Positions 1 to 10,775 of a DNA stretch of 64,000 bases are shown piece by piece; within the stretch, counting starts at the first letter, position 1; the number at the start of each line of letters is the position of its first letter. The stretch is from Acidimicrobiia bacterium (lineage in GTDB: Bacteria > Acidobacteriota > Vicinamibacteria > Vicinamibacterales > UBA2999): positions 9,597 to 73,596 of the forward strand of contig JAYQOO010000006.1 of assembly GCA_038144855.1 (NCBI GenBank), written 5' to 3'. The notes below the pieces were generated by a model, which saw nothing but the letters and a program-made list of their open reading frames with translations, did no database searches and had not been told where the DNA came from. The position numbers and the translations under genes are program-made.

Positions 1-55
1 AGGCAAGAGCGGAAAGGGCTATGCGCATGCGCGCAAGCTTACCCCGATCGGGGCG

Positions 56-862
56 GTGCGGACCGACCGCTGGGGTAGTAGAATCGCGGCCGAGTCCGTG
101 AATCATTCGCTTCGTTCCACAGGTTGTTTCGTTGCCGCGGTCGTCGCGGCTGTCGTGCTGGCGCCGGTGATCGCCGGCGCCTCTCAACCGCCCGCCGCCG
201 GCGGTGAGCAGGTGCCGTTCGCGCAGGCCTCAACGGTGCTCGAGGGCCTGAGCGAAATCCGCGTCGCATTCATCCGGTTGCCGCTGGCCGCGCTGTTCGG
301 GACGGCGCTGGCGTTCCGCCCACGGCGCCGCGCCCAGGGCGCGCGCAAGGTTGTTGTCATGCAGACGCAGATCATGCTTGCCGTCGTCAGCGCGGTCATC
401 ATGCTCGTTGTCGGCAACAGCCTCTCTCGCGCGTTCGGCATTGTCGGTGCGGCGGGACTGATCCGCTATCGATCGACGATTGCGGATCCGAAGGACGCGG
501 TCGTGATGTTGTGCGCGCTCGCCTCCGGCCTGTCGGTGGGAGTCGGGTTGTACCAGATCGGCGCGGTCGCGACCGCGTTCATGATGTTGTTGCTGTGGCT
601 GATCGAGTTCCTCGAGCCACCGGCCCGCCGCCGCTTCGAGCTCAGGATTGAAGTCAAAGATCCTGAGTTCAGGGCCAAGGCCGAGAGCGTCATCAAGGGC
701 CTGGGCCTCGAGTTCGAGCTCCTGCTCGAAGACGATGAGCAGTTGCGCTACAGCATTTCGGCGCCGGTGCAGGTGCATACGCGCGACGTGTCCGACACGC
801 TGCGCCTGGTCGCCGGCACGCCGATCGTCGTCCGCTGGGAAGAAAAGCGGAACACCTTGTAG
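56..862 (+). CDS. DUF4956-like integral membrane protein
   Basis: 268-aa ORF with several hydrophobic helices. The core GIVGAAGLIRYRSTIADPKD resembles the DUF4956 signature as I remember it. The frame stays open to the left window edge, so the true start is uncertain. TAG stop. Confidence 0.5.
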   Translation: MRTDRWGSRIAAESVNHSLRSTGCFVAAVVAAVVLAPVIAGASQPPAAGGEQVPFAQASTVLEGLSEIRVAFIRLPLAALFGTALAFRPRRRAQGARKVVVMQTQIMLAVVSAVIMLVVGNSLSRAFGIVGAAGLIRYRSTIADPKDAVVMLCALASGLSVGVGLYQIGAVATAFMMLLLWLIEFLEPPARRRFELRIEVKDPEFRAKAESVIKGLGLEFELLLEDDEQLRYSISAPVQVHTRDVSDTLRLVAGTPIVVRWEEKRNTL

Positions 863-887
863 CGACCCGCCCCCAACGCGGGGCGAC

Positions 888-3059
888 CTATCGATGCAGC
901 GAGTACGTCGCCTTGAGAACCAGCGAGCGGTTCGATCGGCCGTCAAACGCCCCGGCCGTGAACGCGCTCTCGTTGTAGACCAGGTAGACGTTGTCGATGC
1001 TGCGGAAGATGTAATTGAGCCGGACCTGCGTCGCCGCCACTTGCCCAGCGCTGTTGTACTGCACGAACAGCGAGGTGAGCAGGTTGGTGGAGAACGACAC
1101 GTTCGCGCGCAGGCCGAACAGGTGTGTCACAAACGCGCCGCGCGACAGGCGCACGTCGTTGACCTGGTAGCTGGGGTTGAACGACAACAGCCGGCTCGGC
1201 CTCAAGTCTCCATTCACGGTGAACGTGGTCTTGTTACCGTCGTAAAAGTCGCCGACGCTGAGCGACGCATTGCTGCTGACTTTGCGCCCGTTGTACGAGC
1301 GCAGGCCGAGCGTGACGCCCTGCCAGTCATATTCGCCCGGTGACACCGTCACGCCGGAACCGATCGGGAATGGCCGCACCACTCGCTCGTAGCTGCTGAA
1401 CGGCACGAGCTCGATGCGGTCGCCGCTGTTGAACGAGGTGGCCAGCGTGAGGTTCGACTCGCGGCTCCGCAATACCGAATCGGCGTCGTGGTACCACACG
1501 CTGCTCGGGGTGAACTCGAATTGCCGCACGCCCCACCGGCCGGGCCGCGGCTTGATCGATCCGCGCGCGCCCGTCATGCGCTCGCGCACGCGCACGTAGC
1601 CGATGCCGGCGTTGAACGCCGGATCGATGTCGATGTAATTGGCGCCGAGTTCGATCAGGTCGTCGCGCCACTCGGCGCCGAGCTGTTTGGCCCATTGGCC
1701 CGGCCGGCCGCGGTCGTCGGCGCGCACGGCCATGCCCATCACGTTGAGGTAGTTGAAGAAGTTGAAGCGGGCATCGGCACCGATCAGCGTGTTGCGATGT
1801 CCACCGCCCTGACGGTTGGTGGCAATCGCGCCGATGTACGAGCGGCCCAGCACTTCCTTGCGCACGCGCGCGATCGTGAAGTTCTCGCCCTGCTGCGCGC
1901 CGCTGTCCTCGGTCTGCGTGTTGAGCACGCCGATGTCGAAGCCCGCGGCCTTGCCGGTCAGCTTGCCGCCGACCGGAATGCCGATCGGCGTGCCGGCGCT
2001 CGACAGGCCGATGTTACGCGTGTAGACGATCTCGAGCGGCGGCGGGCCGAAGTGCAGCAACCCGACGCCCATGCGCAGCGAGTCGGCGCCTTCGATGAAG
2101 AACTGCCGCTTCTCAGGGAAGAACAAGCTGAAGCGGGTCAGGTTGACCTGCTGTGCGTCAACCTCGGTCTGCGCGAAGTCAGGGTTGGCGGCGAGGTCGG
2201 CGGTCAGCGTCGAGGTGACCTGCCACTTCAAGTCGTCAATACCGACTTCGGTGATGCGTCGCGCCCCGGCGGGAGTGGCGACCGCGTCGATATCTTCGCC
2301 GCCGGCGATCACGTATGGGCGCAACCGCACGCGCTCGGCTTGCTTGATCCCCGCCAGCCCCGTGAGCCTGCCGGCCTGCGAGACGTTGTGGAAGGTGAAG
2401 TTCCGGTTCCAGCCGCTCCAGTAGGTCAACTCGTTCTTGCGCTTGATGACGCGTTCGAAGTTCAGGCCCCAGGTCTGTGTCGGCGCATTGCGGAAGCGGA
2501 GGATCTTGAACGGCACCGCGATCTCGAGCGACCAGCCGGTGGCGGTGATGGTCGCGGCCGCCGTCCATTGCTCGTCCCAATCGGAGTAGTAGAAGCGCGA
2601 CTCATTTCGAATCAGCGCGTCGAACCGGGTGCCGCGCGGATTGATGCGAAACACGAACGCATTGCGGTTGTCGAGATACGTATCGAGCAGCACCGAGAAC
2701 GTGTCGTCGCTCTCGAGCGTGTTGTCGCGGCGCAGTTCTGAGGCGCGAATTGCCGCCGCTTCGCTGTCGGTCAGCTCAGCGCCGATGTAGAGATTGGTGT
2801 CGTCGTACAACACGCGAACCGAGGTCGGTTCGCTGGCATTGGCGCCTTCCTCGGGCTCGCGTTGCTTGAAGCCGTCGATGACCTTCGCCGTTTTCCAACC
2901 CGCGTCATCGAGCCGGCCGTCGATCTTTGGTGGCGCGGCAATCTTTCCCGCGGCGGCCTGTGAGGTCTGCGGCGCTTGCGCCGCGACGGAGGCAGGGTGA
3001 AACAGGAGCCACGCAAGGACGACGATTACGCTACGAAGCACAATCCCCGACCATATCAC
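888..3059 (-). CDS. Secreted CBM9/DOMON-like plus DUF5916 family protein
   Basis: 723-aa ORF with a signal peptide (VLAWLLFHPASVAAQA). The N-terminal IDGRLDDAGWKTA motif is typical of carbohydrate-binding family 9. The long beta-rich C-terminal region is consistent with DUF5916. Confidence 0.55.
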   Translation of the reverse strand: MIWSGIVLRSVIVVLAWLLFHPASVAAQAPQTSQAAAGKIAAPPKIDGRLDDAGWKTAKVIDGFKQREPEEGANASEPTSVRVLYDDTNLYIGAELTDSEAAAIRASELRRDNTLESDDTFSVLLDTYLDNRNAFVFRINPRGTRFDALIRNESRFYYSDWDEQWTAAATITATGWSLEIAVPFKILRFRNAPTQTWGLNFERVIKRKNELTYWSGWNRNFTFHNVSQAGRLTGLAGIKQAERVRLRPYVIAGGEDIDAVATPAGARRITEVGIDDLKWQVTSTLTADLAANPDFAQTEVDAQQVNLTRFSLFFPEKRQFFIEGADSLRMGVGLLHFGPPPLEIVYTRNIGLSSAGTPIGIPVGGKLTGKAAGFDIGVLNTQTEDSGAQQGENFTIARVRKEVLGRSYIGAIATNRQGGGHRNTLIGADARFNFFNYLNVMGMAVRADDRGRPGQWAKQLGAEWRDDLIELGANYIDIDPAFNAGIGYVRVRERMTGARGSIKPRPGRWGVRQFEFTPSSVWYHDADSVLRSRESNLTLATSFNSGDRIELVPFSSYERVVRPFPIGSGVTVSPGEYDWQGVTLGLRSYNGRKVSSNASLSVGDFYDGNKTTFTVNGDLRPSRLLSFNPSYQVNDVRLSRGAFVTHLFGLRANVSFSTNLLTSLFVQYNSAGQVAATQVRLNYIFRSIDNVYLVYNESAFTAGAFDGRSNRSLVLKATYSLHR

Positions 3060-3075
3060 GAACAGATGAACTGGA

Positions 3076-5460
3076 TTAGTCCTTGAGCTCGACGATCGTC
3101 GCGCCGCCCCCGCCCTGGTTCTCCGGGGCCGGCGTGTACTTCATGACGAGCGGGTGTCCCTTCAGGAACTGGTGCAACCCCTTGCGCAACTGGCCGGTGC
3201 CGTGACCGTGCACGATACGCACCTCGTGAATGTCGGTGACGAGCGTATCGTCGAGGAAACGGGAGACGCGATCGATCGCCTCGTCGACGGTCATGCCGAT
3301 GACGTTGACTTCGCTCAACATGCCCTCGCGCGGCCTGAGGTCGACGTTGACGCGCACCTTCGCGGGCTGTTGCGCCGGTGGACCGCCGATGACACGAAGT
3401 TCTTTCAGCTTCGCCTGTATGCGCTTGCCGCGCACGTCGATCTCGGCGCGGTTGCCGTCGATTCCGATGACCACACCCTCGAGACCGAGCCCTCCAACCG
3501 TGACCTTCGACCCCACTTCGGGTGCGGACGCGGCGGGCGGCGGCGCCTGGGCGCCGACGGAACCTGGTGCCGCTGGATGCCGGAGGTCTTCGACGATTCG
3601 GTCGATCTGGGCGCGCGCTTCGGCCCTGGCCGATCCCGTTTCTCCGGTGTTGACGACGGCGCGCAGCGAGGCCTTTTCGGCGATGGCGTCTGACTTCTCG
3701 CGCAACTGGTCGATCACCGCATCCACGTCGCGGCGCGCCTGTCGCAGTCGCTCGTCGAGCCGTTCATTGAGCCGCTTCTTGAAGACGTCTTCACGCTCGG
3801 CCAGCGAGCGTTCGCGCTTGCTGAGTTCGGCGTTGGTCTCGTTGAAGGCGCGACGGTCGCGCTCGAGCTTGACCCGATCGGCTTCGAGCGCGCGCGCCTG
3901 GGCGTCGAGTCTCGACAGATGGGCCTGCAGCCGCTTCTGGTCGTCGCTGAGATAGCCGCGCGCGGCGGTGATCACGGCTTGCGGTAAGCCGAGGCGCTGC
4001 GCCATCTCGATTGCCAGGCTGCGGCCCGGCGCGCCGTACAGCAGCTTGTAGGTCGGCGCAAAGTTCTGGGGATCGAACGCGAAGGCCGCCACCGCGACGC
4101 CGTCGGTGCCGATGCCCCACGTCTTCACGGCATCGAAGTGCGTGGTGGCGATCAGCAGCGCGCCGCGCTGCCGGAAATGCTGGACGATCGCCGTCGCCAA
4201 CGCGCCGCCTTCGTTCGGATCGGTGCCCGTGCCCACTTCATCGAGCAGGACCAACGCCGGCAACTGCAGTTCGCGATCCATCGCGACCAGGTTGCTGATA
4301 TGCGACGAAAACGTGCTCAGGCTTGCTTCGATCGACTGCGCGTCGCCGATGTCGGCAAACACGCTGCGGAAGACCGGCAGTTTCGCAGCGGCGGCCGGGA
4401 CGTGCAGTCCGGCCTGCGCCATCAAGGCAAACAGTCCCGCCGTCTTCAAGGCCACCGTCTTGCCGCCGGTGTTGGGGCCGGTAATCAGCAGCACGCGATT
4501 GGGCGGGTCGAGCAGCACGTCGACCGGCACCGCGCGTTCGAGCATCGGGTGACGCGCGCCCTTCAGGTGCAGGCTGGTATCGATCGTGAACTGCGGCGCA
4601 ATGCCGTTCACCTTCGAGCTGTAGCGCGCTTTCGCCTGCAGCACATCGAGCGACCGCGCCACCTCGCGGCTCACCTCCATGTCGGGCGGGCGCGCGCGAA
4701 AGCGATCGGTCAGCTCGAGCAGGATGCGAAAGATCTCTTCGCGCTCGCGATCCTCGAGCTCGACGATGTCGTTGTTGATCTCCACCGTCGCCGACGGTTC
4801 AAGGAACAGCGTGGCGCCGGTCGTCGACGAGCCGTGGACGATGCCCGGCACGTTGCCGCGATGCTCGGCGCGCACCATCAGCACGAAGCGCCCGTTACGC
4901 TCGGTGATGACCTCATCCTGCAGGTGCTTGGCCGATGCGCCGCGGGTGAACTGCTCCAGCGTGCCGCGCAGCTTCGCGCGTTTCTGCTTGAGGTCGTGAC
5001 GGATGCGGCGCAGTTCCGGGCTGGCGCTGTCGAGGACCTCGCCGCCGGCGTCAATCGCGTCGCGAACGGCGCCGACTTCGCTCTTGAAAGACGTGACCGT
5101 GGCGACCAGCTCACGCAGGATCGGGAAGCCGTCGCCGGCGCGGCCGATGCCGGCACGTGCCTGATCGACCGAATCAAAGAAGTCGGCCACCAACCGCAAC
5201 TGCTGAGGGTCAAGGGGCCGCCCGACGACCGCCAGCGCCTCGAGGGCGTCCGGCAGCGCTTCGCCGGCGCGCAATGGAAACAGCGGATGCCGTTCCAGGA
5301 ACGTGACCGTTTCGCTCGTCGCATCCTGCGACGCGACCACTACCTTCGGGTCGCTCGACGGCGCGAGCGCCGACAGCGCTTCCTCGCCAAGCGGCGTCAG
5401 GGCCATCGCGGTCACGGCTTCGACGACACGGTCAAATTCGAGGGTGCGTGCGGACGTCAT
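3076..5460 (-). CDS. mutS2: Endonuclease MutS2 (MutS domain V plus Smr)
   Basis: 794 aa. Walker A GPNTGGKTVALKT, a central coiled coil, and a C-terminal Smr domain (VRIVHGHGTGQLRKGLHQFLKGHPLV). Confidence 0.9.
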   Translation of the reverse strand: MTSARTLEFDRVVEAVTAMALTPLGEEALSALAPSSDPKVVVASQDATSETVTFLERHPLFPLRAGEALPDALEALAVVGRPLDPQQLRLVADFFDSVDQARAGIGRAGDGFPILRELVATVTSFKSEVGAVRDAIDAGGEVLDSASPELRRIRHDLKQKRAKLRGTLEQFTRGASAKHLQDEVITERNGRFVLMVRAEHRGNVPGIVHGSSTTGATLFLEPSATVEINNDIVELEDREREEIFRILLELTDRFRARPPDMEVSREVARSLDVLQAKARYSSKVNGIAPQFTIDTSLHLKGARHPMLERAVPVDVLLDPPNRVLLITGPNTGGKTVALKTAGLFALMAQAGLHVPAAAAKLPVFRSVFADIGDAQSIEASLSTFSSHISNLVAMDRELQLPALVLLDEVGTGTDPNEGGALATAIVQHFRQRGALLIATTHFDAVKTWGIGTDGVAVAAFAFDPQNFAPTYKLLYGAPGRSLAIEMAQRLGLPQAVITAARGYLSDDQKRLQAHLSRLDAQARALEADRVKLERDRRAFNETNAELSKRERSLAEREDVFKKRLNERLDERLRQARRDVDAVIDQLREKSDAIAEKASLRAVVNTGETGSARAEARAQIDRIVEDLRHPAAPGSVGAQAPPPAASAPEVGSKVTVGGLGLEGVVIGIDGNRAEIDVRGKRIQAKLKELRVIGGPPAQQPAKVRVNVDLRPREGMLSEVNVIGMTVDEAIDRVSRFLDDTLVTDIHEVRIVHGHGTGQLRKGLHQFLKGHPLVMKYTPAPENQGGGGATIVELKD

Positions 5461-5547
5461 GTGAAAAAGGGCGGACTGCTAGTGTAGCGGAACGACGCTG
5501 GTCCCCCTGGGTCGCCCCAGGCGTTGAGGTAACATGGCGCTGGTCGG

Positions 5548-6021
5548 ATGAAACGCAGTCTTGCAGCGGTAGTCGGCGCGCTCGCCATATTCCACGGCTG
5601 GATCTTCGGAACACAGCTGTGGGCCGGCCAGCTGTCTGAGCCTGGCCTCATCGCGCGATGGCTGCTCGCCGCCGGCCTCACGGCCGGACTCGTAGCACTG
5701 GCTCGCAGCGGCGAGTCGGTCTTCTGGGGCCGCAAGACCGTCTCGATCTGGTTGCTGGCGGCCTTGCTCCACGGCCCGGCCATGGCCGATGGGCGGCTGT
5801 CCGCGCTCGACCAGCCGTCACTGCCAGAAGTGGCCACCGTGATGCTGCAGGTCGTGGCCGCTGCGGCTCTCGGCCTGGGCCTCGCCCTCGCGACACGTTC
5901 GTCCAGCCGATTCCCCGTCGTCCTGTCCAGCCGCGCGTTCGCGACCGTTGGTGTCCGCAGCCCGCGGCAGGCGCGCTATGCGGGACGGTTCGCCCCTCGA
6001 CCTCCTCCCCGCCACCAGTAA
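5548..6021 (+). CDS. Hypothetical membrane protein
   Basis: 157-aa ORF with 3-4 hydrophobic segments and GC-rich third positions. No family recognised. Divergent from mutS2. Confidence 0.4.
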   Translation: MKRSLAAVVGALAIFHGWIFGTQLWAGQLSEPGLIARWLLAAGLTAGLVALARSGESVFWGRKTVSIWLLAALLHGPAMADGRLSALDQPSLPEVATVMLQVVAAAALGLGLALATRSSSRFPVVLSSRAFATVGVRSPRQARYAGRFAPRPPPRHQ

Positions 6022-6142
6022 CCCGCGCAGTAGTCAGCCGGCCGCCGAGCGGCATGGCGTTGTGTGTTTCCGGTTACAGAAGCGACGTGCGTCTGCGCGC
6101 GTCGCCATGGGCGTGAGCAATGCCCAGGTGAAGGACAAAGAC

Positions 6143-8791
6143 ATGGTGAAGTGCAGGTTGGCAATGTTGACCCTGGTCGCGGTGTGCCTTGCCGCGGCCG
6201 CCGAGGCCGCGACGGTTCGTGGCCTGGTGACGGATGGCAGCGGCGCGGCGATCGCGAACACGCGCGTCGTCGTGCGCGACGTCGCGACGCGTCAGGAGTT
6301 GGTGGTCGAGACGGGCGCGGACGGCAGGTTTGAAGCAGAGGTCCCCAGAGCGGGCACCTACATCGTGACGGCGGCACGCGAGGGGTTCTCCGAAGCCGCC
6401 GAGACGGTCGTTGTCGAAAGTGCCGGCGCGGCGGTGGACGTGCCGCTGACGCTCAGGGTGGGTTCCGTCTCGTCGGCGGTGGTGGTCACGGCCGCGCGCG
6501 CCGAGCGCGAAGTCCGGCAAATTCCGCTGCACGTCGACACCATCTCCCGCGGCGCGATCGAGCAATCCAACCAGGTGTCGACCGGCGATGCCCTGACCAC
6601 GGCGGCGAACATCACGCCCGTTGGCGGCGGCCCGTTTGGCGTGCGCCCTCGGCTGCGCGGCCTTGATTCGACGCGCCTGCTGGTGCTGGTCGACGGCGAA
6701 CGCCTCAATACGGCTCGCCAGGCCACGGAGCGCACCGGCGCGGAAGTCGGCCTGGTGTCGCCGGATGCGGTGGCGCGGATGGAGGTCGTGAACGGCGCCG
6801 GCACGCTGATGTACGGATCGGATGCGCTCGCCGGAACGATCAACATCATCACCAACGAGTCACGTTTCTCCGAGAGCCGTCGCTGGCTGTACGGCTTCAG
6901 CGGATTGTTCAGCTCCAACGAGCAGGGCGTGCGCGGGACCGGAACGGTCGGCTACTCGTCGCCACGCGTCACCTTCCGTGTGCAGGCCGGCGCGGAGCGT
7001 TTCGAGAGCTACAAGGCCGGCAAGCTCGATCAGCCCGAGAACACGCAGACGCTGCACGACAACGGCACGCTGCGGCGAGTCGATACGATCGACAGCAATT
7101 TTGGCTTCGCCTTCAAGGCGTTCCCGGATCCGTTCAACGCCGCCTATCTACGAACCGACAGCGAAGTGCCGAACTCCCAGGCCAACGGTAACTACGTGAA
7201 TGTCTCCGGCGCGTTCGCCATCAACTCGCGGCAGTCGCTACGTCTTCGCTATCAGCGGCGCCGGATGGAAGACATTGGCTTCCCGGACTTCGCGAGTCCG
7301 TACTTTTTCAACGACACGTCATTGCCGTACAGCAATCTCGACCGCGCATCGCTGCGCTACGAGGCGCAGGCGATTACCCCGTGGCTCGCCAACGTGTCTG
7401 CGACGGCCTACTTCCAGCGCACCGAGCGCCTGCTGCGTAATCGCCTGCCGGTGCAGTTTCCCGCGCCGACGCCGGTTGCGTTCTTCCCGATCGCGGTGAT
7501 GCGGCTCGACGTGCTGTCGGACACCGAGCAGAAGGTCGATTCGCCCGGCCTCGATGTGCAGGCGGTGTTCGTGCCGGCCAAGAATCACCTGCTCACCGCC
7601 GGCTTCACGCTCTACCAGGACAACAGCCGTGACCAGCGTTCGACGCTCACCCAGACCAGCATGGTCGGGCAGGTCGTGCTTGGCGCCCGTGGACCCCAGG
7701 CGGTGGTCTTCCCGTCGCTCGTGCCGCTCGGTCCGCCGTCATCGGCCAATCCGGTTCGTGTGCCGGATGCGAGCCTGCGAGACACCGCCTTCTTCGTGCA
7801 GGACGAGTGGCGTGTGCTGCCGCGCGTGTCGGTGATCGCCGGGCTTCGCTCCGACTGGTGGAACGTGACCTCTGAAGCGACGCCTGGACACGAGGTCGCC
7901 TCCCTCATCGCGGGCGCGACGCCGGCGATCAACGTCTCGACGTTGCCGAATCCTGCTGGCGCGACCTACAGCAGGCAGTCGTTGACCGGTGACATCGGCC
8001 TGGTGGCCAACGCCGACGGCGTGCTGAGCCCGTTCGTGCGCTTCGGACGCAGCTTCCGGCATCCCAACCTCGAGGAGATGTTCTTCGCGGGGCCAGCCAC
8101 CGTCGGCACCATCGTGCCGAACGTCGAGGTGAAGCCGGAGACCGGCAACAACTTCGATGCCGGCGCGAAGTTCGCCATTGGCCGCGTCAGCGGCGGCGCC
8201 TACCTGTTCCTGAATCAGTACAACGATTTCATCGCGCAGGACCTGGTCGTGGCCTCGACCGCGAGCGGCCCGCTGACGCAGACCACCAACTACGCCGACG
8301 TCCGCATCTCCGGCGTTGAGTTCAACGTCGATGCGCCGATCGTGCTGGGGCGCAACGTCCTCACACTGACGGCATCCGGCGCGTTCACGCGCGGTACGGT
8401 CACCGACGGTGTGAACCCGGTGAACGGTGCGGCGCTGGACGGCACTCCCGCCGACAACATCACGCCGTCGAAAATCGTTGCCGCCGCCCGCTACACCGGC
8501 TCGTCCGGTCGATGGTGGGTGGAGTACGGGATCCGCGCGCAGGGCGAGGTGACGCGCGTTGCCGACACGCTGCTCGACTCGCCGTTCCTGATCGCGCAGG
8601 ACATCTATTCGCTCGAAGGCTTTGCGGTGCAGCGCGTAGGGTTTGGCATCAACCTGTCAGGCCGGCGTGACCGCCTCGGGCTGAGCTTCGCAGTCGAGAA
8701 CCTGACGGATCGCTACTATCGCGAGCACTTCCAATTCGCGCCGATGCGCGGACGCACCTTCACCGTCGGCTTGAACGTCGGCGCGTTCTAG
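6143..8791 (+). CDS. TonB-dependent receptor with carboxypeptidase-regulatory-like N-domain
   Basis: Start moved to ATG 6143, in front of the signal peptide (LTLVAVCLAAAAEAA). CarboxypepD_reg-like segment (TVRGLVTDGSGAAIANTRVVVRD...DGRFEAEV). Plug region (VEVVNGAGTLMYGSDALAGTINIIT). The barrel ends in ...GLNVGAF followed by TAG. Confidence 0.85.
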   Translation: MVKCRLAMLTLVAVCLAAAAEAATVRGLVTDGSGAAIANTRVVVRDVATRQELVVETGADGRFEAEVPRAGTYIVTAAREGFSEAAETVVVESAGAAVDVPLTLRVGSVSSAVVVTAARAEREVRQIPLHVDTISRGAIEQSNQVSTGDALTTAANITPVGGGPFGVRPRLRGLDSTRLLVLVDGERLNTARQATERTGAEVGLVSPDAVARMEVVNGAGTLMYGSDALAGTINIITNESRFSESRRWLYGFSGLFSSNEQGVRGTGTVGYSSPRVTFRVQAGAERFESYKAGKLDQPENTQTLHDNGTLRRVDTIDSNFGFAFKAFPDPFNAAYLRTDSEVPNSQANGNYVNVSGAFAINSRQSLRLRYQRRRMEDIGFPDFASPYFFNDTSLPYSNLDRASLRYEAQAITPWLANVSATAYFQRTERLLRNRLPVQFPAPTPVAFFPIAVMRLDVLSDTEQKVDSPGLDVQAVFVPAKNHLLTAGFTLYQDNSRDQRSTLTQTSMVGQVVLGARGPQAVVFPSLVPLGPPSSANPVRVPDASLRDTAFFVQDEWRVLPRVSVIAGLRSDWWNVTSEATPGHEVASLIAGATPAINVSTLPNPAGATYSRQSLTGDIGLVANADGVLSPFVRFGRSFRHPNLEEMFFAGPATVGTIVPNVEVKPETGNNFDAGAKFAIGRVSGGAYLFLNQYNDFIAQDLVVASTASGPLTQTTNYADVRISGVEFNVDAPIVLGRNVLTLTASGAFTRGTVTDGVNPVNGAALDGTPADNITPSKIVAAARYTGSSGRWWVEYGIRAQGEVTRVADTLLDSPFLIAQDIYSLEGFAVQRVGFGINLSGRRDRLGLSFAVENLTDRYYREHFQFAPMRGRTFTVGLNVGAF

Positions 8792-8802
8792 CGCACGGAC
8801 AC

Positions 8803-8835
8803 GATGGGCGACGGTCATGGACACCGCCGCCCATC
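8803..8835. terminator. Hairpin between convergent genes (candidate bidirectional terminator)
   Basis: GATGGGCGACGG, a 9-nt loop, then CCGCCGCCCATC: 11 of 12 bp pair. No long T tract. Confidence 0.4.
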
Positions 8836-8853
8836 CATGCCCGACTCGGATCG

Positions 8854-9498
8854 TCAGGAGCGGAGAAACGCCAGGACCGCCAGCACCCGGCGATGGTCGG
8901 AATCGTCCGGCTCGAGTGCCAGCTTCGAGAAGATATGGGTGACGTGCTTCTCAACGGCACCGTGACCGATCTGCAGGCGATCGGCAATCGCTGCGTTACT
9001 GCGCCCCTCGGCCATCAGCGCCAACACGTCCCGTTCTCGCGGCGTCAGCGGCGTCAACACATCGGCGCGGCGTCTGCGAGCCATGACCTGCGCGACGACT
9101 TCCGGGTCGAGCGCAGTACCGCCCCGAGCGACCCGCCGGACGGCGTCGATGAAGTCCGAGACGTCGGCCACGCGATCCTTGAGCAGGTACCCGATGCCGC
9201 CTGCTCCGGTCGCCAGGAGGTCCTGCGCGGCCGGTTCCTCAACGTACTGGGACAGGACCAGGACCCCGACGTCCGGATGGCGGCGTCGCAGTTCCACGGC
9301 GGCCCGCAACCCCTCGTCCGAAAAACCTGGCGGCATTCGCACGTCAACGATGGCGACCTGTGGTTGCTGCTGCGCGACCGCTGCTAACAGTCCCGGACTG
9401 TCGCCCACCGACGCCACCACGTTGAACCCGGCGTCTGCAAGCAGGCGTTCGAGGCCTGCTCGCAGTAACACCGAGTCATCTGCGATCACGACCCGCAA
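8854..9498 (-). CDS. LuxR/NarL-family response regulator
   Basis: REC domain (RVVIADDSVLLRAGL, DVRMPP) plus a LuxR HTH (LTPRERDVLALMAEGRSNAAIADRLQIGHGAVEKHVTHIFSKL). The start is TTG 9498 or GTG 9489; the latter forms a GTGA overlap with the kinase stop. Confidence 0.85.
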   Translation of the reverse strand: MRVVIADDSVLLRAGLERLLADAGFNVVASVGDSPGLLAAVAQQQPQVAIVDVRMPPGFSDEGLRAAVELRRRHPDVGVLVLSQYVEEPAAQDLLATGAGGIGYLLKDRVADVSDFIDAVRRVARGGTALDPEVVAQVMARRRRADVLTPLTPRERDVLALMAEGRSNAAIADRLQIGHGAVEKHVTHIFSKLALEPDDSDHRRVLAVLAFLRS

Positions 9499-10775
9499 GG
9501 CAGTTCCACTCTCAGGACGGTCGGCCCTCCCGAGGTGCTCGAGATCGAGACGCGGCCGCCCAGCGCATCCACCCGATCGATCAGGCCGGCGAGGCCGCCG
9601 CCCCGCTCCGAACGCGCGCCACCCACGCCGTCATCACGCACCTCGATCGTCAGCCACTGCTCGTCACGGCGCGCGGTGACCAGCACCTCGGTCGCCTGAG
9701 AGTGGCGGGCGACATTGGTCAGGGCTTCAGACACGACGAAGTACGCCGCCGATTCAATGGCCGCTTCGGGTCGCGGGTGTATGGTGGCGTCGACACGGGT
9801 GGCGATGGGGCACCGGGCCGCCAGCGCCGGCAGTGCGGCGTCAAGTCCGTGGTCGGTCAGCACAGCAGGGTGCAGGCCACGCGCCAGGTCTCGCAGGTCC
9901 TGCAGCGCACGCTTCGCTTCCTCATGCGCTTCCTTGACGAGTCGCGCCCCCTGCTCGGGATTGGTGGCCAGCTTCTGTTGCGCCAGCCCTAATGTCATCG
10001 CCAGGGAGACGATGCGTTGTTGCGCGCCGTCGTGCAGGTCACGTTCGAGCCGGCGGCGTTCCCGATCGGCGAGGCTGATGGTGCGACTGCGGCTGCGAGC
10101 CATGTCGTCCACGCGGCGCTGCAGTTCTTCCGGCGAGGCCGCGAGCAGTGCTGCGGCCAGGAGGTTCTCGAGTTTGGCCAATCCGTACGTGACACCCGCT
10201 GCCGCCACGAACAAGATCGCACCCGCACCTGTTGCCACCAGCATCGCTTCTGGACCGTCGACGACCCAGCGACCCACGTTGATCTGGAACAGTCCCAGCC
10301 AGTAGAACACCGGAGACAGCAGCAAGCTGATGGCCACGGACCAAACCCCCACCATGGCGGTGAAGGTGAATAGTCCGACGGGGAGTCGCAACAGCAGGAA
10401 CACCAGATCACGCCACGTCGCGGCGTCCTTCGCGACCGCTGACAGACGGGCGACCCATCCCGCTTCGACCGGCAGGGAATGGTGGGGCCGCAGACTGGTG
10501 CCGAGAAACGCGTTCAGTCGCGCCCGTTCGAAGTTGCTCAGGGCTCGGGTGACACTCGCCATGCCGATCAGAATGGGCATGCCCAGCAGCGTAATCAGCA
10601 GTCCTGTACCGAGTGACAGGCCCACGGCGAGCACGGCAAAGTAGAAAACGCCCAGCGGTAGATTGAGCAGCAGGTGCACCAGGGCAAGCCCCGTGGACGC
10701 CAGCCACTTGCGGCCGGCCCAGGGGCCGGTGTGCGACGCAGGTTGGACGATCGAGGCAGCGGGGGACGACGTCAT
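9486..10775 (-). CDS. Membrane sensor histidine kinase (HisKA_3 type)
   Basis: Multi-TM N-terminal region, H-box ERDLHDGAQQRIVSLAM, and an ATPase domain (EVRDDGVGGA, GLAGLIDRVDALGGRVSISS). Operonic with the regulator. Confidence 0.85.
   Translation of the reverse strand: MTSSPAASIVQPASHTGPWAGRKWLASTGLALVHLLLNLPLGVFYFAVLAVGLSLGTGLLITLLGMPILIGMASVTRALSNFERARLNAFLGTSLRPHHSLPVEAGWVARLSAVAKDAATWRDLVFLLLRLPVGLFTFTAMVGVWSVAISLLLSPVFYWLGLFQINVGRWVVDGPEAMLVATGAGAILFVAAAGVTYGLAKLENLLAAALLAASPEELQRRVDDMARSRSRTISLADRERRRLERDLHDGAQQRIVSLAMTLGLAQQKLATNPEQGARLVKEAHEEAKRALQDLRDLARGLHPAVLTDHGLDAALPALAARCPIATRVDATIHPRPEAAIESAAYFVVSEALTNVARHSQATEVLVTARRDEQWLTIEVRDDGVGGARSERGGGLAGLIDRVDALGGRVSISSTSGGPTVLRVELPCGS

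Noticed and set aside
5948-6142. N-terminal extension of the first TonB-dependent receptor
   Set aside because: It overlaps the upstream ORF. The signal peptide starts at ATG 6143.
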